Below, piece by piece: positions 34,609-45,444 of a DNA stretch of 64,000 nt. This DNA comes from Fidelibacterota bacterium (GTDB lineage Bacteria > Fidelibacterota > Marinisomatia > Marinisomatales > Marinisomataceae): assembly GCA_016777965.1 (NCBI GenBank), contig JADHQL010000002.1, forward strand, positions 50,642 to 114,641, in the 5' to 3' direction. Made by a program: the position numbers and the translations under genes. How positions within the stretch are numbered: the stretch's first letter is position 1; each line of letters starts with the position of its first letter. The notes beneath the pieces are model-generated. The model made no database searches. It was not told the DNA's origin and saw only the letters and a program-made list of their open reading frames with translations.

Positions 34609-36367
34609 AATTGAAAATAAAGCAGATATTTTTCATTACAGGACATTGCTATTCATTCTAGTTTTATCAATATTAACTCTTCTTTCTAGGTATTTTTATC
34701 TCCAAGTAATTGAATATGAAAGATATTCTTCCAAGTCTCAAGTTAATAGTGTAAGAGCTCAGGCTACTTATGCGCCGAGAGGATTAATTTTGGATAGGAA
34801 TGGAGTTGTGTTAGTAGAAAATTATCCTACATATATTTTAACAGTAACGCCATATGAGCTTGATAACAAAGAAGTTCAATTTCAGATAATTTCGGATATA
34901 ACTGATATATCAATTGATGAACTTTTTAGAAGGTATAAAAAGTATAATCAAGGAAGATTTCTACCTACCGTCATTGCAAAAAATCTTACTTTCGCAGAGA
35001 TATCTCAAATTGAAGAAAGGCGTTTGGAGCTTTCTGGTTTTCAATATAAAAGATTTGATGAAAGGCTTTACAATGATGCGCTCAAAGATGCGCACTTTCT
35101 TGGTTATCTCAGGGAGTTAGATCGTGAATCAATACCTTTTTTGGATAAATCTCAGCTATATCGAGCTGGCGAACTTATTGGTTGGCAGGGGCTTGAGAAG
35201 CAATACGAAACTGAATTGAGATACTCTAAGGGAATCAAATATATTGAGGTTGATACTTATGGAAGAGAAATTAATACGATTAATGATAATAATATTCCAG
35301 CTTATCCTGGTAAAAATTTGACTTTATCAATTGATTCTAAACTACAACAGTTTTCAAAGAACCTTCTCATTGATCGAAAAGGAGTCATTTTAGTTTCTAA
35401 TGTTGATTCCGGTGATATTTTGTCTATGGTAAGTAACCCATCCTATAATTTAGATATTTATCGAGGAGAAACAACTGACTCTGATTGGAGTAATTTACTT
35501 TCGGATGATGACAAACCAATTATTAATAGGAACATAGCTGGCCTTTATCCTCCAGGATCATCTTTTAAAATTATTACCGCCATTAATCTTATCGAGGATG
35601 GATTATTAGACCCTGGAGATAGTTTAATGTGCACAGGGTCTTATATCCCTCCAGGAAGTTCAAATACATTCAATTGTTGGAAAGAAGACGGGCATGGATT
35701 GGTCGATTTAAATAAAGCCATTGCTCAGTCATGTAATGTTTATTTTTACGAGACAATACAGTTAATTAAGTTATCAGATTGGACAAAAACAGCTAAAATA
35801 TTTGGTTTTCATAATAAAACTGATATTGATCTCCCTAATGAATTAATTGGACAAATTCCTGATAAGGAATTTTTTATAAATACCTATGGAAGATGGGGTT
35901 GGTCTGAAAGGGGGGTATTATTAAACTTAACACTTGGTCAAGGAGATATCTTAGTTACTCCATTACAATCATTAAGATATATTAATCATATTGCATCAAA
36001 AGGTAGGACTGCTAAGCTTAAACTCAATGTTAATAAAAAAGTTGAATATTATGATGACATAATCCTTTCAGAACAAACATGGGATAGGGTTATTAAAGGG
36101 TTATATGATGTAGTTAATGCAGAGGGTGGAAGTGGATGGAGAGCAAAGCAATCGGAAGTAAAGTTATACGGTAAAACAAGTACTGCTGAAAATCCGCACG
36201 GGGAACCGCATGCATGGTTTAATGGATTCTTTGATTTTGAAGGACAAACTTATTCGTTGGTTATTTTAGTAGAGAATGGCGGAGGGGGAGGAGCAGTTGC
36301 TTCGCCAATAGCTGGAGAGATTGTAAGATTTTTTACAAATGAACAAGTTGAAATGGTTAATAAATGA
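34601..36367 (+). CDS. mrdA: penicillin-binding protein 2 (elongasome transpeptidase)
   Basis: N-terminal TM, R..I.A.RG.I.DRNG, and the transpeptidase motifs PGSSFK (SxxK), a later SCN, and KTSTAE (KTG-like). Confidence 0.9.
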   Translation: MLKIENKADIFHYRTLLFILVLSILTLLSRYFYLQVIEYERYSSKSQVNSVRAQATYAPRGLILDRNGVVLVENYPTYILTVTPYELDNKEVQFQIISDITDISIDELFRRYKKYNQGRFLPTVIAKNLTFAEISQIEERRLELSGFQYKRFDERLYNDALKDAHFLGYLRELDRESIPFLDKSQLYRAGELIGWQGLEKQYETELRYSKGIKYIEVDTYGREINTINDNNIPAYPGKNLTLSIDSKLQQFSKNLLIDRKGVILVSNVDSGDILSMVSNPSYNLDIYRGETTDSDWSNLLSDDDKPIINRNIAGLYPPGSSFKIITAINLIEDGLLDPGDSLMCTGSYIPPGSSNTFNCWKEDGHGLVDLNKAIAQSCNVYFYETIQLIKLSDWTKTAKIFGFHNKTDIDLPNELIGQIPDKEFFINTYGRWGWSERGVLLNLTLGQGDILVTPLQSLRYINHIASKGRTAKLKLNVNKKVEYYDDIILSEQTWDRVIKGLYDVVNAEGGSGWRAKQSEVKLYGKTSTAENPHGEPHAWFNGFFDFEGQTYSLVILVENGGGGGAVASPIAGEIVRFFTNEQVEMVNK

Positions 36368-37584
36368 CTTTTTTTAATAATTACATTTATAGATCTAATA
36401 AATACTTGGGTAAATTATATTTAATTGTATTATCGTTAATTACTTTTGGACTTATTACTCTTTACAGCATTTCTTCTGATCCATTATCAATAAATAGTTC
36501 ATTTATGAGACAACTTGTTTTTATAATTTTTTCATTATTTGTGTTCTTTATTCTTAATCAAGTTAATGTTAAAACCATTCATGATAATTCAACTTTAATT
36601 TATATTATTTCATTTTTACTATGTTTTGTACCGTTCTTTTTAACACCTGTAGAAAATACTTATAGATGGATAGATCTTGGGTTCTTTTATATTCAGCCAG
36701 GAGAATATTTGAAGTGTGCTACAATTATTATAATAGCAAAGTATCTTTCCAATCATCATCTAGAAGTTAAAGAAGGCTATATAGTTTTTATACCAATCTT
36801 AATTGCACTCTTATCATCATTTTTAGTTTTAAATCAGCCAGACTTGGGAACAGCAGTTATTATTTTTGCTCCAGTATTACCCATGATGCTCTGGGCCGGG
36901 GTTAATGGTTTTACGCTTTTTCTTTTGATAGCTCCTGTAATTACCATTATTGCCGCTTCAAACAATATTATTTTTAATATTTGGGGAGTTTTAATGTTCA
37001 TTATCTTCATGACTTTTCAAGGAAGTCTTTTGAAAAGAGTTTTAATATATTTTGCAAATATCTTCACTGGCTTATTATTCCCCTTTTTTTGGAATGATTT
37101 TTTAAATGGTTATCAAAGGCAAAGATTCATTGACTTTTTAAGTCCTGATTTAGATCCAATGGGTTCATCATATCATATAATCCAAAGCATAACAGCAATT
37201 GGTTCCGGAGGAATGTTTGGAAAAGGGTGGGGTCAAGGCTCTCAAACGCAATTAAAATTTCTTCCTGTGCAAGAATCTGATTTTATATTATCAGTTATAG
37301 CTGAAGAATTTGGTTTTTTTGGTATAGCTGTTATAATGTTTTTATTCTCTATGCTTATTAAAACTTTATTAGATATTGCTTTTAAATCATCTGACTATTT
37401 CTCATCTTTAGTTATAATTGGTTTAACATCAATCTTATTTTCACATATTTTTGTGAATTCAGCTATGACAATTGGTTTAATACCTGTTAAAGGACTTCCA
37501 ACTCCATTCGTTTCAGCCGGAGGTTCTTTTATGTTGCTTTGTTTTATAATGCTTTCATTGGTATCTAATTTGTCAAAAAATTAA
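36364..37584 (+). CDS. rodA: rod shape-determining protein RodA (SEDS family glycosyltransferase)
   Basis: Polytopic protein with NQPDLGTA, F.SPDLDP.G..YHI.QS..AIGSGG..GKGW..G.Q..L.FLP...SDFI and PTPF.S.GGS motifs. Confidence 0.9.
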   Translation: MTFFNNYIYRSNKYLGKLYLIVLSLITFGLITLYSISSDPLSINSSFMRQLVFIIFSLFVFFILNQVNVKTIHDNSTLIYIISFLLCFVPFFLTPVENTYRWIDLGFFYIQPGEYLKCATIIIIAKYLSNHHLEVKEGYIVFIPILIALLSSFLVLNQPDLGTAVIIFAPVLPMMLWAGVNGFTLFLLIAPVITIIAASNNIIFNIWGVLMFIIFMTFQGSLLKRVLIYFANIFTGLLFPFFWNDFLNGYQRQRFIDFLSPDLDPMGSSYHIIQSITAIGSGGMFGKGWGQGSQTQLKFLPVQESDFILSVIAEEFGFFGIAVIMFLFSMLIKTLLDIAFKSSDYFSSLVIIGLTSILFSHIFVNSAMTIGLIPVKGLPTPFVSAGGSFMLLCFIMLSLVSNLSKN

Positions 37585-37641
37585 TTATTATTGGCAGTTG
37601 TAGTTTTGATAGTGTTTCGTTAAATTCTATTGCTCATTATC

Positions 37642-38445
37642 ATGGTTAAAAAAATCTTTTATATTAATAGCGAAATGGAGCCATTTGCGTCCGTTTCAAA
37701 TTTAGCTAAGCTTTCTGTAGATATTCCTCTAGGATTACAAGAGCAAGGCAATGATGTAAGATGTTTAATGCCAAAATATGGATTCATTAGTGAGAGAAAA
37801 TATATTTTAAGAGAGGTCATAAGACTAAAAGAAATTTTATTTAATCATGATGATATTAATTACGAATGTTCTGCCAAAAGTGCTTTTGTACCTAAGTCTC
37901 GTTTACAAGTTTATTTTCTAGAAAATGAAGAAAAGTTTGGCGAATTAAATAATTTGTTATTCAAATCAAAAAATGGGCGATTTCTTGCTGACAATGATGT
38001 CAGATTTGCGTTTTACTCATTAGCTGCAATTAAAATGCTTCCCAATTTATTTTGGTTTCCAAATGTTATCATTTGTAATGGATGGACATCAGCTCTAGTA
38101 CCATTTTTAATTAAGAAATTGGCAGAAAACGATAAAAATCTTTCAAAAATAAAGACTATATACCTTACAAATTCATTAAATAAGGATGTCCTTTTTGATT
38201 CTTCTAATCTTCCATTTAATATGGAAACAAAAAAAGAAATAAAATCATATAATTTAAATCAAATTGGTTGTGCTTATGCAGATGCAACAATTGTAATTGA
38301 CGATGAAGAAAAAGTAAGTGGTAATATTATGAAGTCTAATATATTTAAAAATTCTAAATCTTGCTCTCTAGTTGACTTGACAAAGTCAGATGGAGATTCT
38401 CCAACTCTCTTAGATGAAATTCAAAAAGTTATTAAGGCTTTATAA
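37642..38445 (+). CDS. short glycogen/starch-synthase-like protein (GT5 N-terminal half only)
   Basis: IFYINSEMEPFA.....LA......P..L...G.DVR.LMPKYG parallels the GlgA N-terminus. The protein is only about 267 aa and lacks the C-terminal nucleotide-sugar-binding half. ATG 37642 is preferred over TTG 37630. Confidence 0.6.
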   Translation: MVKKIFYINSEMEPFASVSNLAKLSVDIPLGLQEQGNDVRCLMPKYGFISERKYILREVIRLKEILFNHDDINYECSAKSAFVPKSRLQVYFLENEEKFGELNNLLFKSKNGRFLADNDVRFAFYSLAAIKMLPNLFWFPNVIICNGWTSALVPFLIKKLAENDKNLSKIKTIYLTNSLNKDVLFDSSNLPFNMETKKEIKSYNLNQIGCAYADATIVIDDEEKVSGNIMKSNIFKNSKSCSLVDLTKSDGDSPTLLDEIQKVIKAL

Positions 38446-38449
38446 TCAT

Positions 38450-39727
38450 ATGTTCAGATTCATTTTAGACGCCAAAAAATTGTTAATTTTGATGATTTTT
38501 ATCTTGTCTTGTAGTGAAAAAACAATTATTTACGACGAAATCGAAAATAAAGATTCAACTATACAAACCTCAACTTTGCCTCAAACTAATAGCAAGCTTT
38601 TTCAAACTTATCCTAAATTTAGCACCAGAGATAAATTATTCTTTGGAAGTGTAAAACAATCTGAAAATTTGTACTCATTAGTTCAAATGACCCTTTTTTC
38701 TGGTAATATTCCTCCAGTAAGTCTGGTTGATCTATTAGCAGATTCAATTCAAGTGGATAGTGCTATGGTTTTCTTTCAAACAGAAGATTCTTTGAGCACT
38801 GGATTTGATTTGGGTCTATTTTCTATTACAACTGAAAACGATAGTGTATTCTCAGATTCTTTAAATTTCTATAATCAAGGTGATTTTGTTGATTTTGAAT
38901 CAAATTCTTTTTTATTAAATGAGGTTTATTTATCTCCTGAAGATTTTAATCCAGATTCAACAGGTTTAGATACGGTTAAAATAATGTTTACAGAAGAAGA
39001 TGGGTCATTAAGCAACCTCAAGGAGTATTTTTTAGATTCAGATACATATCCAGCAAGAACTTTTATGCTCAAAAATACTGGAAGTACGCTTGATGAATTA
39101 TTTTCTCTTGAAAGCAATGAATCTGTAAATGGTCCAAAAATGCGTGTATGGTATAAGGCAATTATTGATGAGCAAACAACTTTAGACACTTTTATTACCT
39201 TCTTTGCACAAAAAGATGTTAGTGTGTTTAGCCCACCTGCAATTAATGATCAAGATTTTAATTATATTTCGCTTAACTCAGGCTCGGGCTTAAGATCTAT
39301 CATTGAATTTGATTTAAATCTTTTAGATACATTATCCAGAAATGAGCTGTTTAAAAATTCTAATCTAGTTCTTGACGTAGAAGATTCAAATCTTCTTGAG
39401 GAAGATGAGTTCTATGTTGTTATTAGCGCTATTCAAGATTCAGTGCAAAATTGGAATTTTACATCTCCATTCATTGACACTTCTGTAGGTGGGGAAGATT
39501 CATCTTCTGAATTTGAAACAAGTTATACCATTGATCCAAATTTTGTTGTTTCAAGGAAAATTGAAGATAATCAAGTGAGAATTCCTATTCAGGCATTTTT
39601 GCAGGGATATAAAAATGGTCTATTTCAACATAATGAGTTGATGATTTACAGCGCTCCAGTCAACAGCCCATTTGATAAGGTTAATTTAAACTTGAATACA
39701 ATTGAGGTGATGTATGTTGAGCCGTAA
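38450..39727 (+). CDS. lipoprotein, uncharacterised (size and neighbourhood reminiscent of DUF4270-type proteins that follow the short GlgA-like gene in Bacteroidota)
   Basis: Lipobox IFILSCSE after ATG 38450. Ser/Asp/Asn-rich and beta-rich. The family name is recalled from gene-neighbourhood knowledge and cannot be verified here. Confidence 0.4.
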   Translation: MFRFILDAKKLLILMIFILSCSEKTIIYDEIENKDSTIQTSTLPQTNSKLFQTYPKFSTRDKLFFGSVKQSENLYSLVQMTLFSGNIPPVSLVDLLADSIQVDSAMVFFQTEDSLSTGFDLGLFSITTENDSVFSDSLNFYNQGDFVDFESNSFLLNEVYLSPEDFNPDSTGLDTVKIMFTEEDGSLSNLKEYFLDSDTYPARTFMLKNTGSTLDELFSLESNESVNGPKMRVWYKAIIDEQTTLDTFITFFAQKDVSVFSPPAINDQDFNYISLNSGSGLRSIIEFDLNLLDTLSRNELFKNSNLVLDVEDSNLLEEDEFYVVISAIQDSVQNWNFTSPFIDTSVGGEDSSSEFETSYTIDPNFVVSRKIEDNQVRIPIQAFLQGYKNGLFQHNELMIYSAPVNSPFDKVNLNLNTIEVMYVEP

Positions 39728-40958
39728 GTTTTTTATTCTATTGTTTTTAACTTTTGCTTTTCCTCAAAATGCAATGAGCGGCTATGGTTTTGGTTCATCT
39801 GTTGATAATAGCGATGCTTCATCTGTTGGAGTATCAAACCAGTTACTACCTTCTTTTAAAGATAATGTTTCTATTTCAAATCCTTCTACTTGGCATAATT
39901 TACTATTTTCATATTTAAACACTTCAGTTGGTGTTCAAAACTCTAAATTTCAATCTAGTAGCAGTACAAATTTTTCACTTTCTTCTGCTAAATTGGTAAT
40001 ACCATGGAAACAAAAAATGGCATTTGGAGTTTCTTTTGAGCCATTCTTATCTAGAGAAGTTGTTATTAATGACACTACCACGACTTCTTTCACTTTTAAT
40101 GAGGAGGAATTATTATACACTAGAATGAATAGTTCTTCTGGCGGTCCTTCTAAAGGTTCTTTATCATTTGGTTATAAATTGAACGATTTTGATAGCATTG
40201 GAACTAATTTGAATATTGTATTTGGTTCCTCAAGATATTCTAGAAATCTTATTATTGAAAATGATAATCATTTGCTCCAATCGAGAGATTATTTTTCAGG
40301 AACTATGGTTGATTTATTTTTTTCGACAAATAGAATGAAATTTAAAGATAATCCAATATTTCTATCGGCTTCATTAAGCATGCCTTTAAAAGGCATTAAT
40401 ATAGAAAATGATTCATACCAAGCCTTTATTGATCTGAATGATAACAATTATCATGATGTAAATGATTTTCCAGATATCGGACAAGCTTTATTGCCATTAA
40501 ATCAAAAATTTGATAATGAGTTAAAAATTTCATCCTTCACTTTTGGAGCTGATTATGAGTTTAGTCCTAGAAAGCATGTACAAGCGGAGATTTTATTATG
40601 GAATGATAACGGTGAGCATAATTTAAACAGCTCTATTTATAGTGGATATTTAGAAAGTAAAAATAAAGTAAGTTTGTCTTACATTAAGTTTGCCCAGCCT
40701 TTCTCAAGAGACCGTTATAATTTCAAAGGATCATTATTTTTCCAGAATTATGAAGTTAAAAATCTTGAAAATATTAATGAAGTTGGTTTAGGTTTAGGTA
40801 TAGGATTTAATTTTGGAATTACGGGGAATCAAATTGACCTAGGATATAAGTTAGCAAAAAGAGATGGATTGTTTTTAGTTGGTACTGAAACATTACATTC
40901 TTTCAATTTAGGTATTAGTATTGGCGATTTGTGGTTCGTTAAAAGAAGAGAAATTTAA
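39714..40958 (+). CDS. putative outer-membrane beta-barrel protein, unknown function
   Basis: Signal peptide LTFAFPQNA. Alternating hydrophobic/polar strands throughout with Gly/Ser/Asn-rich loops. 14-nt overlap with the upstream gene. Confidence 0.4.
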   Translation: MLSRKFFILLFLTFAFPQNAMSGYGFGSSVDNSDASSVGVSNQLLPSFKDNVSISNPSTWHNLLFSYLNTSVGVQNSKFQSSSSTNFSLSSAKLVIPWKQKMAFGVSFEPFLSREVVINDTTTTSFTFNEEELLYTRMNSSSGGPSKGSLSFGYKLNDFDSIGTNLNIVFGSSRYSRNLIIENDNHLLQSRDYFSGTMVDLFFSTNRMKFKDNPIFLSASLSMPLKGINIENDSYQAFIDLNDNNYHDVNDFPDIGQALLPLNQKFDNELKISSFTFGADYEFSPRKHVQAEILLWNDNGEHNLNSSIYSGYLESKNKVSLSYIKFAQPFSRDRYNFKGSLFFQNYEVKNLENINEVGLGLGIGFNFGITGNQIDLGYKLAKRDGLFLVGTETLHSFNLGISIGDLWFVKRREI

Positions 40959-40973
40959 TTTTAGGAAAAAAGT

Positions 40974-42308
40974 ATGAAAAATCATTTATATGCTATTGTT
41001 TTTTTAATCATTTTCACTTCTGGTTTACATGCCCAATGTAAAAGAGGTGAGCAGCTAAGAATAACAAATGATGTAGAGATAAAAGTTGTTGATTGTAGAG
41101 AAGCTACCAGACTTATCTATAATGAAGGATGGTATCCATATTCCATTGAATATGAACAAGAAGATAGATGTCCTCAGTTATCTAGTAGTGCTGCTGAATA
41201 CTACAGAAGTAGCAATTGGGAGTTAAGCGCTCAATCATACTCTGAGTTAATTGAGTTAAGGTGTGATCAATGGAATTCAGATTGGGTAAATGCTGACGAT
41301 GTTTATCTTTACTGGTCAATTGCATTACAAAATCTTGGAAAATTTGAAGAATCAGAAAAGGTGTTGACTAAAGGTTTACAGGAGCTTCCTGAAAATACTT
41401 CTTTGATAACAAGATTAGCATACGCTTACAAAAAGCAAGATAAAATTGATGAAATGATAATTGAATATGAACGCTTGATGGACTCTGGATCTAAAGATAT
41501 TGATTCGTTAAGGGATTTAGCTAAGGCTTACGGAAAGCAAGGAAGAACAGATGAACAAATTTCTGTTTTAAAGAAAGTTTTAAACATTGATCCAAATAAT
41601 GCATCAGTTCAGTCAGAATTGGCAAGAGTATATGAAGATTCTGGTGAGGACCCGCTTGAAATTTTTAAAGCAAGATTTGAAGAAAATCCAGATAATGCCT
41701 CCTACGCAATTGAGTATGCTGAAAAATTAATGTCTAATGGTGAAACAGACGAAGCAATTGATGTCCTTGAAAATACTTTAAGTTACAACCGTGACAATAG
41801 TATGATTTATATGTCGCTTGGTAAAGCTTACAATGAAAACTCTGATTTTGATGATGCTGTTGACATTCTTGAAGACTTATTTGAACTTGATAGAAATAAT
41901 TTTAGAGTTGCATTATTAATTTCAGAAAACAACATTGAGATGGAAGATTTTGAGTCTGCGTTTGAATGGGGTCAAAAATCGATGAAAATTTCAAGAAATA
42001 ATGCTGAATCTCTAGCCCATATGGGTAATCTTTATTATAAAGCTATGCAGTCTTGTAGAGGAGATAATTTTTCCCGTTCAGATAAAATTGTAGCTTCGCT
42101 TGCTTACGAATATTTTGATAAAGCTGAAAACAAGGGAAATTCAAAATATTTTAAGCAAAAAAATTGGTTGAAAGATAATGAGGTTTTATTTAATTATGCT
42201 GACTGGTTTATGACTGATAAAGATGTTCAAGCTTCTGGTGAAGTTTCTCCAAGCGGAAGGTGTTATGACTGGGTTTCAGAATCTCTTTCTAAACAATCAG
42301 ATTGGTAG
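40974..42308 (+). CDS. secreted tetratricopeptide-repeat (TPR) protein
   Basis: Signal peptide. There are multiple 34-aa TPR-like units, e.g. LAKAYGKQGRTDEQISVLKKVLNIDPNN and SLGKAYNENSDFDDAVDILEDLFELDRNN. Confidence 0.7.
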   Translation: MKNHLYAIVFLIIFTSGLHAQCKRGEQLRITNDVEIKVVDCREATRLIYNEGWYPYSIEYEQEDRCPQLSSSAAEYYRSSNWELSAQSYSELIELRCDQWNSDWVNADDVYLYWSIALQNLGKFEESEKVLTKGLQELPENTSLITRLAYAYKKQDKIDEMIIEYERLMDSGSKDIDSLRDLAKAYGKQGRTDEQISVLKKVLNIDPNNASVQSELARVYEDSGEDPLEIFKARFEENPDNASYAIEYAEKLMSNGETDEAIDVLENTLSYNRDNSMIYMSLGKAYNENSDFDDAVDILEDLFELDRNNFRVALLISENNIEMEDFESAFEWGQKSMKISRNNAESLAHMGNLYYKAMQSCRGDNFSRSDKIVASLAYEYFDKAENKGNSKYFKQKNWLKDNEVLFNYADWFMTDKDVQASGEVSPSGRCYDWVSESLSKQSDW

Positions 42309-42311
42309 TCA

Positions 42312-43598
42312 ATGTCTATTGTTAAAGAAAAAGACAAAAAAATCTATGATATAATTCAGTCTGAATTAAATAGACAAAATAATTATTTAGAGCTTATTGC
42401 ATCTGAAAATTTTACCAGTAAAGCCGTTCTAGAAACTGCAGGTTCTGTTCTTACAAACAAATATGCTGAAGGCTATCCTGGAAAAAGATATTACGGAGGA
42501 TGCATTCATGTTGACGAGGCAGAAAATTTAGCAATTGATAGAGCCAAAAGACTTTTTAAGGCGGAATATGCCAATGTCCAACCTCATTCAGGCTCATCTG
42601 GTAATATGGGTGTTTATCTTGCTTATTTACAGCCTGGAGACTGTATTATGGGGTTAGATTTGAGTCATGGCGGACACTTAACGCATGGATCCAAAGTTAG
42701 CTTTTCAGGTCAAATTTATAATTCTGTTACTTTTCAAGTAAAACGGGATACTGGATTAGTAGATTTTGATGACTTGCTAAAAAAAGCGAGAGAATACAAA
42801 CCTAAAATTATTATTTGCGGTGCAAGTGCATATCCAAGAACAGTTGAGTTTGAAAAATTTAGAGAAGTTGCGGACGAAGTTGGAGCATTTTTACATGGAG
42901 ATATATGCCATAATTCAGGACTAATAGCTGCTGAAATGCATCCTTCACCTTTTCCACACTGTCATGTTGTTTCTACCAGTACACACAAATCGCTTAGAGG
43001 CCCAAGAGGTGGTATAATTTTGCTTGGTAGCGACTATGAAAATCCATTTGGAAAAGTTGCACCAAAATCAGGAAGAGTGAAAATGATGTCAGAGCTAATC
43101 GATAGCGCTGTTATGCCTGGAATACAAGGGGGGCCGCTTATGCATATCATTGCTGCAAAAGCAGTAGCATTTAAAGAGGCGCTTGAACCATCTTTTAAAA
43201 CTTATATAAGAGGAGTGCTTGATAATGCACAATGTTTTGCTGAAGAGTTTAAGTCTAAGGGGTATGAATTAGTTTCTGGCGGAACAGACACTCACTTAGT
43301 TTTAATTGATTTACAAAACAAAAATATTTCCGGTAAAGCTGCAGAAATTGCTCTTGACGAAGCAGGAATTACTGTTAATAAAAATATGATTCCTTTTGAT
43401 CCCAAAAGTCCATTTGTTACAAGTGGAATTAGAATTGGTTCTCCAGCTATGACGACTAGGGGAATGGGTGTAGATGAAGCTAAAATTATTGTTGACTTAA
43501 TAGATCAAGTCATTTTAAATCATGATAATAAAGAAAAAATTCAATCAGTTAAAAAGCACGTCAATGAGCTATGCTCATCTTTTCAAATATATGATTAA
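42312..43598 (+). CDS. glyA: serine hydroxymethyltransferase
   Basis: LIASENF.S..V......[17 protein letters not shown], and the PLP-Lys context [16 protein letters not shown]. Confidence 0.97.
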   Translation: MSIVKEKDKKIYDIIQSELNRQNNYLELIASENFTSKAVLETAGSVLTNKYAEGYPGKRYYGGCIHVDEAENLAIDRAKRLFKAEYANVQPHSGSSGNMGVYLAYLQPGDCIMGLDLSHGGHLTHGSKVSFSGQIYNSVTFQVKRDTGLVDFDDLLKKAREYKPKIIICGASAYPRTVEFEKFREVADEVGAFLHGDICHNSGLIAAEMHPSPFPHCHVVSTSTHKSLRGPRGGIILLGSDYENPFGKVAPKSGRVKMMSELIDSAVMPGIQGGPLMHIIAAKAVAFKEALEPSFKTYIRGVLDNAQCFAEEFKSKGYELVSGGTDTHLVLIDLQNKNISGKAAEIALDEAGITVNKNMIPFDPKSPFVTSGIRIGSPAMTTRGMGVDEAKIIVDLIDQVILNHDNKEKIQSVKKHVNELCSSFQIYD

Positions 43599-44457
43599 TT
43601 TATTATATAAGTTTTTAGTTCGTAAAACCCCTCTATTTTTGATTTTTATTATTTTGAATGGTTGTGCTCTAAACAATAAAATGATGCTAGGTTCAGAAGT
43701 AGCAGAAATTGCATTACCATTATCCTTTGAATCTCAAAAAAGGAAAATTCAAAAAAATCCTAATAATCAACTTTTCTATCTTAATGCATCAAAGAGTCGA
43801 GTAACATATGCCTATGGGATTTTGATGGAAAAAGGAGATAGGTTAATGTACAGCGACTATTATAAATCCAGAGAATATTATGAAAAATCCTTGGATTTAT
43901 TTGTTATTTCTAGAAATTATTTATTTAATGCTCTAGAGATTAAATACGAAAACTTCGTTCAAAAAATGAGGAATAAAGAAGAAATAGCTTTTGAAAAAGA
44001 GGATATTGACTATTTATATTGGTTGAGCGGTTCTCTAGCAGGATCAATTCAAGCTAGTCAAGGAGATCCTCAATATTTAATTGATTTACCTAATATAAAA
44101 TGGTTGCTAGAAAATGCCATAAATATTGATCCTAATTGGGAAAATGGAACGCTTAGCGCTGCTATGATGAGTGTATATTTAAATGATTTAAGTGGTGATA
44201 AAAATGCTCAAAAAACAGCTTTATCATATTTTGATTTAGCAGAAAAACAGTCAAATGGCTTAAATGCTTCAATATATGTCACTTTAGCAGAAAATTATGC
44301 TGTATCAAAACAGGATAAAAAATTATTTATTGAGTTGCTGGATAAAGCAATAAATATTGACATAAATAAAGATAAAAGTTTGAAACAATCTAACAAATTA
44401 TCTCAGTCTCGTGCAAAATGGTTAAAATCAAGAGTAGATGATTTATTTTATATGTAA
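43591..44457 (+). CDS. tatT: TRAP transporter TatT component (TPR lipoprotein)
   Basis: Lipobox ILNGCA after ATG 43591 (ATGATTAA overlap with the glyA stop). Family-typical motifs are [21 protein letters not shown], and the C-terminal [18 protein letters not shown]. Confidence 0.8.
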   Translation: MINLLYKFLVRKTPLFLIFIILNGCALNNKMMLGSEVAEIALPLSFESQKRKIQKNPNNQLFYLNASKSRVTYAYGILMEKGDRLMYSDYYKSREYYEKSLDLFVISRNYLFNALEIKYENFVQKMRNKEEIAFEKEDIDYLYWLSGSLAGSIQASQGDPQYLIDLPNIKWLLENAINIDPNWENGTLSAAMMSVYLNDLSGDKNAQKTALSYFDLAEKQSNGLNASIYVTLAENYAVSKQDKKLFIELLDKAINIDINKDKSLKQSNKLSQSRAKWLKSRVDDLFYM

Positions 44458-44466
44458 ATTATTTTT

Positions 44467-45444
44467 ATGAAAGTATTCAGATGCATATTAACCCTCCTAT
44501 TTTTATCAAATATTATTTTTGCAAGACCCATAGTCATTAAGCTTGCGACTGTAGCCCCAGAAGGTACTGAATACTACAATCTTTTATTTGAAATGGGTCA
44601 AAGATGGCAACAGGAAACTGGAGGTCAAGTACAATTAAGAATTTACCCTAATGGAGTTGTTGGGGGAGAAAAAGATACAATAAGAAAAATGAGGATAGGG
44701 CAGATACAAGCCTCAGCTATGTCGTCTATAGGTCTTGCCGAATTGACCGATCAAATTCAAGCCTTTACATTACCAATGGGCTTTCAAAACTATAAAGAAA
44801 TTGATAAAGTAAAATCTGTGATGTTTGATGACATTTCAGAAGGGTTATCTCAAAGCGGTTTTAAATTACTTTTTCTAGTTGATATTGGTTGGGTATATTG
44901 GTTTTCTGCACAAGAGATTTCGGTTCCCAAGGATTTAATGGATGCAAAAATTTATACTACGGCTGGTGATTATATTTCAGTTGAGCTTTTTAAAAAATTT
45001 GGATTTAATGCTGTACCTGTATCAGAAACTGATATTTTAACATCTCTTCAAACTGGAATGATAAATAGTATGCAAACAGTGCCAATTTTATCTCTGAGCT
45101 CAGGATGGTCAGCTTTGATGCCAAATATGCTTGATCTTAAATGGGGGGCATTTGTAGGAGCAGTTATTGTTGACGAGAGAGTATGGAAAAAAATTAAACC
45201 TGAACATCAAAAAATTATGATGGAAGTAGCAAATGATATTGGAAAAAAATATCAAAAAAGTGGAAGAGAAATGGAAAAAAAAGCTATTGAAGTTATGCAA
45301 GAATACGGTTTGAAGATTAAAAAACCTTCAGATGAAGAAATTGCTGTCTGGAATGATTTCAAAGATGAAATTACTCCTGATATTGTAGAAACATTCTTGT
45401 CGACTGACATCTATGAAAAAGTGATTTCTGCTATAAATGAATAA
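44467..45444 (+). CDS. TRAP transporter substrate-binding protein (DctP/TatP type)
   Basis: Signal peptide. IKLATVAPEGTEYY......W..ETGG.V.LRIYPNGVVGGEKDTIRKMRIGQIQA is the DctP-family pattern. Confidence 0.85.
   Translation: MKVFRCILTLLFLSNIIFARPIVIKLATVAPEGTEYYNLLFEMGQRWQQETGGQVQLRIYPNGVVGGEKDTIRKMRIGQIQASAMSSIGLAELTDQIQAFTLPMGFQNYKEIDKVKSVMFDDISEGLSQSGFKLLFLVDIGWVYWFSAQEISVPKDLMDAKIYTTAGDYISVELFKKFGFNAVPVSETDILTSLQTGMINSMQTVPILSLSSGWSALMPNMLDLKWGAFVGAVIVDERVWKKIKPEHQKIMMEVANDIGKKYQKSGREMEKKAIEVMQEYGLKIKKPSDEEIAVWNDFKDEITPDIVETFLSTDIYEKVISAINE

Noticed and set aside
43522-43590. Upstream extension of the TatT ORF (track start 43522) overlapping glyA by 77 nt
   Set aside because: The Met at 43591 gives a normal lipoprotein signal (…ILNGCA) and an ATGATTAA overlap with the glyA stop. 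The longer N-terminus would place 23 extra residues before the signal peptide.
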